This document shows, piece after piece, positions 1-10,998 of a stretch of 64,000 nucleotides of DNA. Within the stretch, counting starts at the first letter, position 1. Each line of letters begins with the position of its first letter. The translations under genes and the position numbers were made by a program. Under the pieces are notes generated by a model that saw only the letters and a program-made list of their open reading frames with translations, did no database searches and had not been told where the DNA came from. Source of the stretch: Octopus bimaculoides (Eukaryota); NCBI RefSeq assembly GCF_001194135.2, contig NC_068981.1, positions 192,124,062-192,188,061 of the forward strand, read 5' to 3'.

Positions 1-128
1 GTAGAAACTCTGCCAAATCAGACTGGAGCCTGGTGTTGCCATCCTGTTTCACCAGTCCTCAGTCAAATCGTCCAACCCATGCTAGCATGGAAAGCGGACG
101 TTAAACGATGATGATGATGATGATGATG
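1..128 (+). mobile_element. 3' tail of RTE-type LINE / SINE tail family T, ending in (GAT)n
   Basis: CCAACCCATGCTAGCATGGAAAGCGGACGTTAAAC followed by (GAT)n at 107-128. The same tail follows RTE C-terminal coding remnants at 25170-25685 and 60560-60895. Confidence 0.85.
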
Positions 129-129
129 T

Positions 130-578
130 CCCATTTTCAACAGCAACAACTCTCCTGACCCTGCCAACTATTGTTCTTTCACACTTACCTCCATGTCAAA
201 ACTGATGGAGATGGTCGTTAACAACAACCATCTTCAACACCTGAATCTATCTCTTACCTTAATGACCGCCAATATGGTTTTCATAAACCCATAGCTTCTT
301 TTCCTTTCACACTGTTAACTTAAGTGTTGATGGAGCTATTTCTAACCTATATCCTATCAACTCTTGTACACTCAGACTGTTTGTTTTTTATCTTCACATC
401 AGTTAGCTTGTTATCAACTTCAACAATGCCCACTTTTGTGCAGAGGATCCCACTTTTCATTCCTCCTTAACTTTCCATCTCCAAGGGTCATTCACATGCA
501 ACCTAGATACCACACAAAACCTGCCCTGACTCAATAAACAGATCTCAAGAACATTCACCATTGGAAGTCCTGCCAACA
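130..578 (+). pseudogene. Decayed CR1/L2-like LINE reverse transcriptase fragment
   Basis: Frameshifted translation gives PIFNSNNSPDPANY..LTSMSKLMEMVV, LNDRQYGF, VDGAISNLYPINS, HFCAEDPTFHSS (YADD-like) and DLKNIHHW, in the normal RT motif order. Confidence 0.75.
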
Positions 579-579
579 G

Positions 580-1180
580 TGGACTACTAAATGAGCTTAG
601 TAGAGTGGAAGGAGATAGTAACAGAGTTCACTGATGGGTGTGGTGTATGGGAGGAGTAAGGGAGGTGTGTTGCTTTGATGAGGTGCAGATGTACTGATGG
701 TTGAGTAAAAACAGATCCAAGGTATCTGTTGTGTCTAAAGGATACAAATGGCGGGGATGCAAACTGGTGCACGACACTTCAGAATGACTGACAGTTCAGT
801 CTTTTCATCAGCAGAGTCAGTGTGAGACAAGTTGGAGAGGTAGGAGGAATTGTATGCATTGAAGTCAGCAAGTAAAGACAATCTCAGAGAAGAGCTGAGA
901 TAGAGGTCTACAATGGTAGATGTAAAGAGTCAAATAGCTGAGAGCAATTGAAGGAGTTTGGTTGTCATAGAGAAAGCAGTTAAACTTAGAGGAATAGAAA
1001 AACTTTGAACCAAAATAACTGCAAGTGATTTGAGAGAAAATCCAAGTGACAAGTGAATGGTGAGGAGAGTGGAATCTACAGATGGACAGAACCAAGCGAG
1101 AAAATAGAGTGTAATCTAGATAGGAAGGATGAATTACATACTGGAAAATAACTGAGAGCTGTGTGACTTATCAATAAAAA
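580..1180 (-). pseudogene. Decayed LINE apurinic-endonuclease domain fragment
   Basis: Minus strand gives LLADFNAYN (GDFN motif, about 850-875) and DTLDLFL (about 705-735), in the correct order. Confidence 0.65.
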
Positions 1181-1274
1181 GAAAGCACTTAAAGAATCAA
1201 GAAGAAATTCTGAAAAGTTAAATATTCTGAAGAGCTTTAGTTGACAGCAAAAAGAGAGAAATTCTATTCATGTA

Positions 1275-1390
1275 CATATCTACATATATACACACACACA
1301 CATCATATATATATATACACATACCTCTCTCTTTCTCTCCATATATATATATATAAATATATACACACACACACACACACATATATATAC
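1275..1390. repeat. Mixed (AT)n/(CA)n/(CT)n microsatellite
   Basis: Seen directly. Confidence 0.9.
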
Positions 1391-2003
1391 AACAATACTC
1401 AAACATTTAAATACATTAAATATCACTAAATAGACACATTCAATTCATACAATCATGAATATGTAGAGATACACACAATCATATGAATGCAAGAAATTCT
1501 GTAAAGAAACAAAACTAGTACTTTTAAAAATCTAAAAAGGTTTAAAATCCATTACATTAATTTGAACAGATCTCCTTTAGACAATCTTGTAAATATTTAT
1601 CAATATCTCCAAACATTTTAACAGAAACTTTCTTTTTTTTTATGAGACATGAAGGGATGTTCTAGCTATCCAGCTTAAAACGATTACTTTGATTACTTAT
1701 AATTCTGAAGTCATGAGACAATACCCACCACCACCACCACCATTCTATAAGAACTATTGAAAAAATTATGTAATGAGTTTGAAAACTTCTAGTACATGAA
1801 TAATATCTTAACGAGAACTGATGCTTCATGAAATAAAATTGAATTCTTTCTCTGGTTATTCTCAAGATACCAATTCTCATTTAAAACCAATGTAGATTAA
1901 CCACTGATATAATTTTTTAATTACAAGACAATGATAAATTGGTACGACTTGTATTGGAGGAGACAAAGAAAGAGCTAGTATGGATTTTGAAGAAATCTCA
2001 CAT

Positions 2004-2165
2004 TACTACTACTACTACTACTACTACATATACGCAAACACTCACCACCACCCACCAACACTGGCTACACACCGAGCACTACACTGCACTTCCAACACAC
2101 ACGTACACCAAAGCACCACCACACATATGCACATGCATACATACACCAAACAACAACAACAACCA
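2004..2165. repeat. (CTA)n, (CCA)n, (CA)n and (CAA)n low-complexity tract
   Basis: Seen directly. Confidence 0.85.
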
Positions 2166-2632
2166 TCATACAAATCTACACAAGAAAGCTCTACATGGTT
2201 AAAAATTCTAGTTAAATCTTTAACTAGCTTCAAAAATGGTTAAATCTTAATGTATGTAAAAAAAAACAAAAAAACTTGCAGTTAATATAGAGAATCAGGA
2301 AGCTGAGCAAAATTTTAACAAGTTTAAAGCCCATCAAAGACCTAAATGAAGTAATACTATACAAACCAATCGCCCTCAAAATTTCCAGAGTGGCTAATCC
2401 TTGACATCAATAACCCTAGCATCCCCTTCACCATACTACTTCACTCATCCACTATATTGCTCACAAATCTAGCACAGAAAAGACAGGAGGGCTTCAACAA
2501 TAAAACCTTCCTACATTAAGTCCAAAACTTTCAATTTCTCAAATAACCTAACCACAAAGATCCATTATTATCACCCACTCTTTTCAACATGTACACAGCC
2601 TTATGATACACCCACAAAACATACACACAACC

Positions 2633-2855
2633 TCATCATCATCGTTTAACATCCGCTTTCCATGCTAGCATGGGTTGGACGATTTGACTGAGGACTGACG
2701 AACCGGATGGCTGCACCAGGCTCCAATCTGATTTGGCAGAGTTTCTACAGCTGAATGCCCTTCCTAACACCAACCACTCCGAGAGTGTAGTTGGTGCTTT
2801 TACATGCCACCGGCACGAAGGCCAGTCAGGTGGTACTGGCAACGGCCACGCTCCA
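2633..2855 (-). mobile_element. Family T RTE-tail repeat, young copy
   Basis: Near reverse complement of 1-128: CATCATCATCGTTTAACATCCGCTTTCCATGCTAGCATGGGTTGGACG. Confidence 0.9.
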
Positions 2856-2911
2856 TATGCAAATCAGTAATATATACCAATAATAATTTTTTCCCTTGTA
2901 AATGCCATTAT

Positions 2912-3145
2912 TCTCATCCTCATTTAATGTCCACGTTGGCATGGGTTGGACACTTTCCCAGGATCTGATGTGACCAAGGGCTATATCATACTCCATTGTC
3001 TATTTTAGCATGATTTCTATGACTGAATGCCCTTAATACCAACCATTTCATAGCATGTGCTGGGTATTTTTTTCATGCCACCAACATTAGCAAGGTTGCC
3101 ATGCAACTTGCAAGATTACAAACCCAAGGAGAGGCAACTTTATGT
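2912..3145 (-). mobile_element. Family T RTE-tail repeat, older copy
   Basis: CATTTAATGTCCAC..GGCATGGGTTGGAC..GAATGCCCTT..ACCAACC, diverged from the copy at 2633. Confidence 0.75.
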
Positions 3146-3779
3146 TGTCCACAATGTATCAAAAATGTCCAGCTATTTAAATTCTAAATTTTTTTTAATG
3201 ATTTTTTTTCTATAAGAGCCTTTCCTAAACACATCACAAAATAATTGTGACGAGATGATAGAAAAAAATTACAGGCTCAACACAAGATAGCTCAAATTCT
3301 GTAACACACACACACACACACAGCCAAGAATGTATTTACAGCTGCTGCAAAAAATATAAAGATATTTTACAAAGCAACAAAAACAAAACAAAAAAAGTAC
3401 AACCCTAATTACACAACAGAAATAACCAAGTTGATGTAAATTAAGGAAACTTCAAACACAGTACACAAACAGAAAATTCAACATCAAACAACTAAATAAG
3501 GAAATAACAAAACAAACCATAGAAGAAACATTTGTATCCAACATAAACCACAAAACAGAAGTAATTAGTAGCATCAACAAACAGCAGCAGTAGCAGCAGC
3601 CATACCACACATTGTGTCACAATAACAATCTTAAATAATGCAACCACATTCCAATGGTAGGAAAGCACTAAGAAACAGCCAATAAAAACCGCACAGAGAA
3701 AACAGAAAAAAATACAAGATATGCACTTTCACTTCCATTGTGACTGACCTCCTTCCTTCCAAAAGATACCAGGAAAGCT

Positions 3780-4500
3780 TAGAGCCCTACAAAATCACAA
3801 ACACATAAACTTGAAATAATCGCTGCCCACACTAATATCAGCAACTACTTGTACCACCATTACTACTAAGAAACTATTCTCAAACCAAATCAAGTTTCAA
3901 TACATAGACCCATGATCCTCCATTGAAAGCTCTCTAAAATTTTAGACCTGTCCTTAGTGGCCACTCATCCCTTCCCAAGTCACAGATTCAAACCACTACA
4001 GGATCCCTATGAAATTCACCCAGGTCATACATAAGGGTGCCAACAACAGAATCACCTTCATATACATCATCCTAACTACCACTGCTCTCAGGAAATCTGT
4101 CAACTCTATCTCTTGCTATCCACTTATACACAAGATACTCAACACCTTAAGAAACAATACAAAAACATTGGATTACAAATTACCTGTCAGGTTGCCAAAC
4201 CTGTGCAGTGTAGGAAAACAACACATTAAGAATTTATAATTTGCCCACACAGATTATCAGCCACTTTTTAACATATGCCAGCATGACCTTCCCACACCTC
4301 TTCAAAACACACACACACACAGCCTCTCATGCACAGATGACATCACACTCATATCCTCCCACCATTCTCCACATGCAGCTGCATGACTCCAACCCTGTTC
4401 AAATCACCGAGAAACCCTGTTTTAAATAACAGACTTACCGTAGCACATGCCAAATTCACCATCTCCATTCACTGTAGAACACTAAATATAACCAGCCATC
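3780..4500 (+). pseudogene. Decayed LINE (I/Jockey-like) reverse transcriptase fragment
   Basis: Frameshifted motifs in RT order: ILKPNQ..HRPMIL, HRFKP, PLFNI, TDDITLISSH (YADD-like), LNNRL..AKFT. Confidence 0.7.
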
Positions 4501-4517
4501 ATGCTCATAAACTTGCT

Positions 4518-4518
<1 letters not shown>

Positions 4519-4591
<73 letters not shown>
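4519..4591. repeat. (CA)n microsatellite
   Basis: Seen directly. Confidence 0.97.
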
Positions 4592-4593
<2 letters not shown>

Positions 4594-4639
4594 CAGAAAT
4601 TTCACACAACATCAATAAGTACAGAGAAACAATGTTCTA

Positions 4640-4750
4640 TCAAATCACATCCTGCCATCTTAATTCCTATGAATAAAGACAAGATAGTCCCAACTGGAAT
4701 CCCTTTGGTCATTGGCCTTGGTCAGGGATGACCTGGGGCTTAAACAACAG
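4640..4750 (+). repeat. Interspersed repeat family D, partial copy
   Basis: TCAAATCACATCCT..TTTGGTCAT..GATGACCTGGGGCTTAAACAACA, similar to copies at 19770, 28815, 40060, 54020 and 54585. Confidence 0.55.
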
Positions 4751-5505
4751 CCGCCAGCACACACAGACCTTTATGAATATAAATCATCAGCTGTTTACTT
4801 TGATACAAACATGTCAACAAAGGTCTCCGCTATGTAAACATAGATGTGAAAGAAGTACAACATTGTGTAAAAAGGAAATCCTCTCAATGAATCCAAAGAA
4901 TTAAGACAAATCAAAGACATTTAAAGAATTTGTTTTGCTCACCCACACCTCATCCATTTATTAGTTGAATAAGAGCCAATGTATTTATTGAAATTGCTTC
5001 ATGGAAATATCCAATGAAATTATTTGTTAGTGGGGAGGGGTAGTGGGAATCATTGCAGATGTCTGTCACTGTTCACTGGATTTTAAAACATTCTTTAAAC
5101 GAAGAAATTAAATAAATGGCTACACCACTAAGAATGGTATATGACATCTTACAAATGATATATGACATCTTATGAGTCATACATGACATTCATGCAGTGA
5201 TGCAATGATTGGCCCAATGGAGACCTGTAACTACCAATAGCATTGTTCACAAATTAGAATATAAAAATCTATACAAAAACCAAATAATGGGGACATGTGC
5301 AAGCTAGAAGAAATGCTACATCATTCATGAAAATATCTGAGATGGCAGAAAAATGACAAAAACATTTACATTCCAGAGATAGCAAGTTTCAATGAATATT
5401 AACACAGTAAAAATCTTGAATCTGGTTTACATCAACAAAACGTAAATCCATAAGAGATTTTGGAGAAAAGTTCAGTGAGTTGGTTTGCTATGAAGACTGA
5501 AGAAA

Positions 5506-5541
5506 ATCTAATATTTCAGACACTTGTGCTTCTTCAGAGAT
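5506..5541 (-). ncRNA. Putative minimal hammerhead ribozyme motif
   Basis: Minus strand reads ATCT-CTGAAGA-AGCACAAGTGTCT-GAAA-TA-TT/AGAT: intact core, 4-bp stem I (ATCT/AGAT), imperfect stem II, palindromic ATAT helix III, AUU triplet. Confidence 0.55.
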
Positions 5542-5689
5542 GAAGGAACAAATGAAGGAGTGAAGTGTGAGCAATTAGAAAGTCCTCCAAAGAAAATATG
5601 TAATTAAACTTTTTTTTTTTTTTTTTCCAAAGGTAATATTTCCTTTATTGCCATTATTAGAATTGTTACTACGACAGGCAAAAAGCTAT

Positions 5690-6680
5690 CAGCATTTCTT
5701 CCAGCTATAGATTCCGAGTTCATATCGCATGAAGGTTGACTTGGCCTTTCATCCTTTCAGGGTTGATAAAATAAGTATCAGTGGAGCACTGGGGTCCCAA
5801 AATTTCAGGCCTTGTGCCTATAGCAGAAAATATAATAATAATAATTATTATTATTATTATGGTAACAAGCTGGCAGAATCATTACTGCACAGGATGGAAT
5901 GCTTAGCAGCATATCTTCTGACTCTTTACGTTCTGACTTCAAATTCCACCAAGGTCAACTGTCTTTAATCTTTTTGGAGTCAATAGAATAAGTACCAGTT
6001 GAGTACTGAGAGAAATGTATTGAATTCCTCTCTCCTCAAAATTACTGGCCTTGTGCCAAAATTAAAATGAATTATAATCACAATAATCCTTTTAGGGACA
6101 AGGCATGAAATTTGGGGAGAGGGAACCAGTTGTTTATATTGACTCCAGTGTTTCACTGGTACTTAATCTATCGACTCCAAAAGGATGAACGGCAAAGTCG
6201 ATCGCAGAGGAATTTGAACTCAGAAGGTAAAGACAGATGAAATGCCGCTAAGCATTTTGCTCGGTTTGCTAATGATTCTGCCAGCTCACCAGCTTATGTA
6301 ATAATAATAACAATGATGATTATGACTTCAAATTTTAGCACAAGGCCTGTAAATTAGGGGCAGGGGTAGGTTGATTACATCAACCCCAGAACTCAACTGG
6401 TACTTATTTCATTGACCCTGAAAGGATGAAGGACAAAGTCAACCTCAGCAGAATTTGAACTCAATGTAAAGATAAATGATTATGTGCTAAGCATTTTGCC
6501 CAGCAAACTAATGGTTCTGCCAGTTTGCCACCTTACTATAATAATAATAAAACAGTGCAAGCTGGCTGAATTGTTGTCTAACAAAATGCTTAGGTCTTCC
6601 AACTCTGTTCCAAGTTCAAGAATCACTGTAATCAACTTCCTCCTCCCCTCAAAACTGCTGGTTTTGTGCCTTGAAATGCA
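5690..6680. mobile_element. Cluster of five family M tRNA-derived SINEs in mixed orientation
   Basis: Recurrent GCCTTTCATCCTTT..GG(G)T(C/T)GATAAA..AAGTA(C/T)CAG core, which from memory resembles the MetaSINE domain. Approximate copies: 5690-5830(+), 5860-6070(+), 6085-6295(-), 6320-6530(-), 6550-6680(+), separated by (TAA/ATT)n. Confidence 0.8.
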
Positions 6681-7399
6681 AGTAGTTTGGGAGATGGTGC
6701 AAGTGATGTGGGAGGTGGAATTAATAGAGAGTTAAGATGAATGAGGGGTGGTCAGAAGTAGAGAATTAAAAGACAATAAGGAATCTGAAGAAAGAAGAAT
6801 CCAGAATGTCTAAGGAGTGGTGAGAATTATAAAGAAAGGAAGCAGAATTTATAGACATTATTATCTTCAACATACTATAATAATGAGAAAATATATTCAG
6901 TAAATGCAAATATATCTGGTACTAAAAGTTCCACAGGATAATATAAGAGTTACATAAGGATTCTACAATTCTTCCACATATGTGTGTGTGCTTGAAAATA
7001 CTTGTTTTTCTTTCATTTTTATTTGGTTAATCAAAATTTAATGGCATACTACAATAACTTTTCCTTCTCAAGAATTAAAAAGATCTACCACAAGAATTAC
7101 ATTAAATTTACTCAATGCCATTAGGCAAAAATTCTCTTCATTTTACATAAATCTGAAGAAAAGAAAATTAAAATCTTTGAAACACATTTATTGGTATTAT
7201 GTAAAAGTCTATATAGATAAGCAATGGCAACATGGAATTAGATAATTGTCTATAATCAATATTTAAGTATTATTACTGAAAACTAAAAGCTTATTAATCT
7301 ATAAAATTTGAAATTAAAATACAAATTTTAAACATTCATTTTAAAGATTTGAAAAATCAGGAGTGCACACATGTGCACAAACACGCACGTTGTAGTATC

Positions 7400-7640
7400 A
7401 TCATTATATTAGCATGCAGTTTCCCATGTTTGAATGGGCCAAACAGAGTTTACTGAGACAGATTTTCTATGACTTAACCCCTTCCTCTCATCAGCCCCCA
7501 CCTGTTTCCAAGCAAAATAATATTTCTCGATGCCCAGCCAAGTTTCCGCTGAATATTGGAAAGGAATGATACTGCTTGTATGACAGTGTGACACTCATAA
7601 CTATCATTTAGTGTTAAGACAAATAAACACAAACACATAT
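7400..7640 (-). mobile_element. Family C SINE, 3' body and tail fragment
   Basis: CAGATTTTCTATG..CACCTGTTTCCAAGCAA..TAATATTTC..GCTTGTATGACAGTG, shared with the full copies at 13350 and 23445. Confidence 0.75.
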
Positions 7641-7696
7641 ACAGGTACATATACAGACATGTGCACATATACACATACATATACAGTGTGTGTGTA

Positions 7697-8500
7697 CTGG
7701 GTTGGCCAAAAAGTCCATTAGGGCCTTTAAACAAAAATAAAACAAGTTTCAAACACAAAATGGTTTATTCAATGGTACAATTACTGTTTTGCTCCAATAT
7801 CTTCTGCCATCTTGTGGGCAGATCCATTATTTCATACTCAAAGAATTTCTTTATTTTAATAGCAAAAAAACTTTTCCAGGTCAATTTTTACCTCCTCTTC
7901 AGAATTGTAGGTCTGTCCAGTCATTGTATTGTAAAGAAATCAAAATAAATGGAAATCTGAAGGCACAAGGTCAGGCGAGTATGGAGGGTATGGGAAAACT
8001 TCATAGTCAAGCCCCAGTAACCTCTGTCACAAAGAAGTATACAGTCTGGCGTTGTCAAGATGAAAAACAATGCCCTAATGATTAGCAAATGGTGGATGCT
8101 TCTGATGTCCAGCTGGACACAGTTCACATCCAAATTGGTGATCTTGTCCATGGGAAGGAGTTCATGAAAGACGACACTCTTCCAATCCCATTGGAAAGGT
8201 GTTGTTTTTCATGAGCTTCTTATGTAATCAATCAAATTGAATACATAACCTTTTTCAGGCAAAAGTTCTGCTTTGGAGGTTGTTTGTGATGGTTTGCTGT
8301 TCTTCCTCCTTTATTGTTTGCACTTTACATTGTTATAAATGATCCATATTTTATTCCCTGTCACCATTCTCTTCAAAACAGGACTATATTCTTCATATTT
8401 CTGCAACAAATCCCAGATTGAAATCCATTGGGTAAGGTTAGCCTCATTCAATTAATGTGAGATCAGAACATCAAGCAAGATGATACAAATAGGAGAGTAT
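7697..8500 (-). mobile_element. Mariner DNA transposon, 5'-truncated, with transposase pseudogene
   Basis: Minus-strand MVTGNKIWIIYNNVK, GIVFHLDNARLYTS and VFPYPPYSPDLVPSDFHLF. One terminus reads TA|CTGGGTTGGCCAAAAAG at 7695-7713. Confidence 0.9.
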
Positions 8501-8618
8501 TGTAGTTCGCTTGAAGCATTGTGTATTGTTTGTAAAGAATAAAAAGTTTTGAATAGTACAACAATACACTATAATACAAAAAAATGGACTATACGTGTTG
8601 TAATTTAGTCAACCATAG

Positions 8619-8660
8619 TCCGATGATATTTCGGAATACAATTCCTTCTTCAGATATTCT
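8619..8660 (-). ncRNA. Putative minimal hammerhead ribozyme motif (Penelope-like type)
   Basis: Minus strand reads AGAATAT-CTGAAGA-A-GGAAT(TGT)ATTCC-GAAA-TA-TC/ATCGG: intact core, perfect 5-bp stem II, ATAT helix III, AUC triplet. Stem I has only 2 bp. Confidence 0.55.
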
Positions 8661-8989
8661 TAGATGGAGTCGCTAGCAGCAAACCTCTCACACCATACAG
8701 CTACACCTGCATATTTATAAACAGTTTACCTGTCCTAAAACAATTTTTGGTAGAAGCAAAAACTGAGAATTTAGAATTCAAAAAGATATTTTCCAGATTA
8801 TTCCAACTCAGTCAAAAATCTACAATAGCTGAGTGGTTGAAGAAACTACCTGATTGGTTATTTTTTTTCAAGAATTCAAACATTGCAGCAACTACTGTTG
8901 CACATAACTTGCATTAGTCTGCACAGCTGAGATAAGTTGCAAAAACACTTACTCCAAAATGTCCAACTTTAAAAAAAAAATAATCTCAC

Positions 8990-9100
8990 CTGATATTAGC
9001 ATGGAAAAATGGCTACAAGACAAAATATTACTCAGATAATTAACCTGGAACCAGCAAAGATGCTGGTAAAAACAACAAAGGAGCAAAATTTCCCAAAAGA
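8990..9100 (-). CDS. Candidate internal exon of an unidentified host gene
   Basis: Strong acceptor (ttttttcttaattttgcag) and donor (CAG|gtgaga). 111 nt with one open frame, FWEILLLCCFYQHLCWFQVNYLSNILSCSHFSMLIS. No homology recognised. Confidence 0.3.
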
Positions 9101-9205
9101 CTGCAAAATTAAGAAAAAAAATACTTCAGCTTTTTTATAACTCCAATATGGTGTTCCATTTCTGTATTAGTTTCTTTTTGAGGTCACATACTGATCCATC
9201 CAATG

Positions 9206-9500
9206 ATTGTGTGCGTGAATGCATGTATGTACATGCGCATATGTGCATGTGCACACATGTATGAATGTACACATGCATGTCTGTGTGTGCGAATGTACAT
9301 GCGCATGTGTAAATGTACATGCACAAGTGCATGTGTGAATAAATATGCCCGTGTGCGTGAATGCATGCATGTGCATGTGCATGAACGTGCATGTACATGT
9401 GTCAATGCACACAAACATGTATGAACACATATGTGAATGCATGTTTGTGAGCATGTTTATGAATGAATGCGTGTTTGCGCATGAATGTGTGTATGTAGAT
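9206..9500. repeat. Alternating purine-pyrimidine (TGCA/TGTG/TACA) tract
   Basis: About 300 bp of near-continuous RY alternation. Confidence 0.9.
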
Positions 9501-9504
9501 AGAT

Positions 9505-9750
9505 TTTATGTGTGTGAGTAGTTGTCTGGGAGCATGTGTTTGTTTATCTTAACACCATGCAATATTTGTAAATATGCATCACTGTCATACAGTGTCATTT
9601 GTTTCCAATATTCTGCACAAACATGTTCAGCTTGGAAACAAATCAAGATTGGTGACAGGAAGGGCATCCAACTGTAGGAAATTTGTCTCAACAAATTCTA
9701 TCTGATCCATGAAAGCAGGGAAAATTGGACATAAAACTATGAAGATGCAG
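9505..9750 (+). mobile_element. Family C SINE, 3' half
   Basis: CACTGTCATAC..TTTCCAATATTCTG..CTTGGAAACA..GACAGGAAGGGCATCCA..TCAACAAATTC..CCATG. Confidence 0.75.
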
Positions 9751-10024
9751 TTATATGTATATCTCATACATGAAGTATTATCTCCAAAGTTCAATGATGA
9801 GAGAGAATTGTTTTCATTAAATATTTAATGCTTCTCATTGGTTAGAATATTTTCAATATGATTAAAAAAACAACTGGCAAAAACTGTTAAATGAAAAGAC
9901 AAGAGATTAGTAACAAACATTTCTTACATTTTCCAAGCCTAAAATTCTTTTATGGTGGCAACCATCTTTCTAGATGTATTCTCCTTAATAAATAAATGCC
10001 ATTCCATAAAAATACAACACATAC

Positions 10025-10139
10025 ACATTTTTCCATCTGCTAATTGATGCCTCATCTTTCATAACAAGACTAATCAATCTCCTGACATTGATCAAAATTA
10101 TCAACAATCTATTTAGCCTGTGTCCTACCATGGCCACAG
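10025..10139 (-). CDS. Candidate exon of an unidentified host gene
   Basis: Acceptor attcagcctttcag, donor GT|gtatgt, one open frame VAMVGHRLNRLLIILINVRRLISLVMKDEASISRWKN. Its phase does not join the 8990-9100 candidate directly. Confidence 0.2.
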
Positions 10140-10768
10140 CTGAAAGGCTGAATAGTAGTATACAGACAAGATTCACACCTCTCTCTCTCTCTCTCCCTCT
10201 CTCTCTCTCTCCCCCTCTCTCACACACACACAAACAAACACAGAGAAATAGCCATAATAATGAATTTTCTATATTTCTTAAGTGTATCCAATGAGATACA
10301 ATTATTTTTCACAAATCACGATAGCAATCATGGCAGATTGGCCAATACATTTGTTTTGCACCCATCTGGTTTTCGGTTTGATCCTACTCTACAACCCCAT
10401 GAGTAAATGTCTTCTGCAAGAGTCCCACAGCGTGTGGAATTTGAGAGAGAGAAACTGTGGAAAGCCGTTGCGCGTGCGCATGTGTGTGTGTGTGTGTGTG
10501 TGTAAATGCTTGTGTATTTGTATCAGTGTGCTTATGTGTACATATTAATGTATAATGTATGTACATGTGTATGTCAGCAAAAAATGCAATCAGGGAGAAA
10601 ACAAAATTTTAAAAAATGAACCCACGTGATATTTGTTCTATCAAGTTGCACAGACACTTCCTTGTTATTGCCACTATCATAACTACAATGAATTACGAGG
10701 TATTTGTAACCAAACTTCTAAATATAAAGTATGTGAAAGTTATATCTTTCAGCTTTTCATACATTTAA

Positions 10769-10998
10769 CCCTTCCGCTACTGCATCTTTTTTTTTTTTCT
10801 TTTTTGAGATGCTCTGTGTTTCTTTCAATTAATATTAAATATAACAAAGAATTTAGTAAAATAACTTATCATTCAGCTAGCGTTAGGAACATAAATTGTG
10901 ACTAAGGTTTGATGGAAGATTTTAATTCAAAACTTATGAAAGCAAGACATTTGTACTCAGAGCCAGAGCCGGTTTCAGCCGGGTTGGTAACAAAAGGG
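10769..10998 (+). mobile_element. TTAA-flanked piggyBac-type MITE (family A)
   Basis: TTAA|CCCTTCCGCTAC ... GTAACAAAAGGG|TTAA, with TTAA at 10765-68 and 10999-11002. The internal sequence is shared with copies at 12940, 28299, 30953 and 60955. Confidence 0.8.

Noticed and set aside
1222-1255. CTGAAGA-GCT(loop)AGC-AAAA hammerhead look-alike
   Set aside because: G12 is missing, and there is no helix III or stem I.
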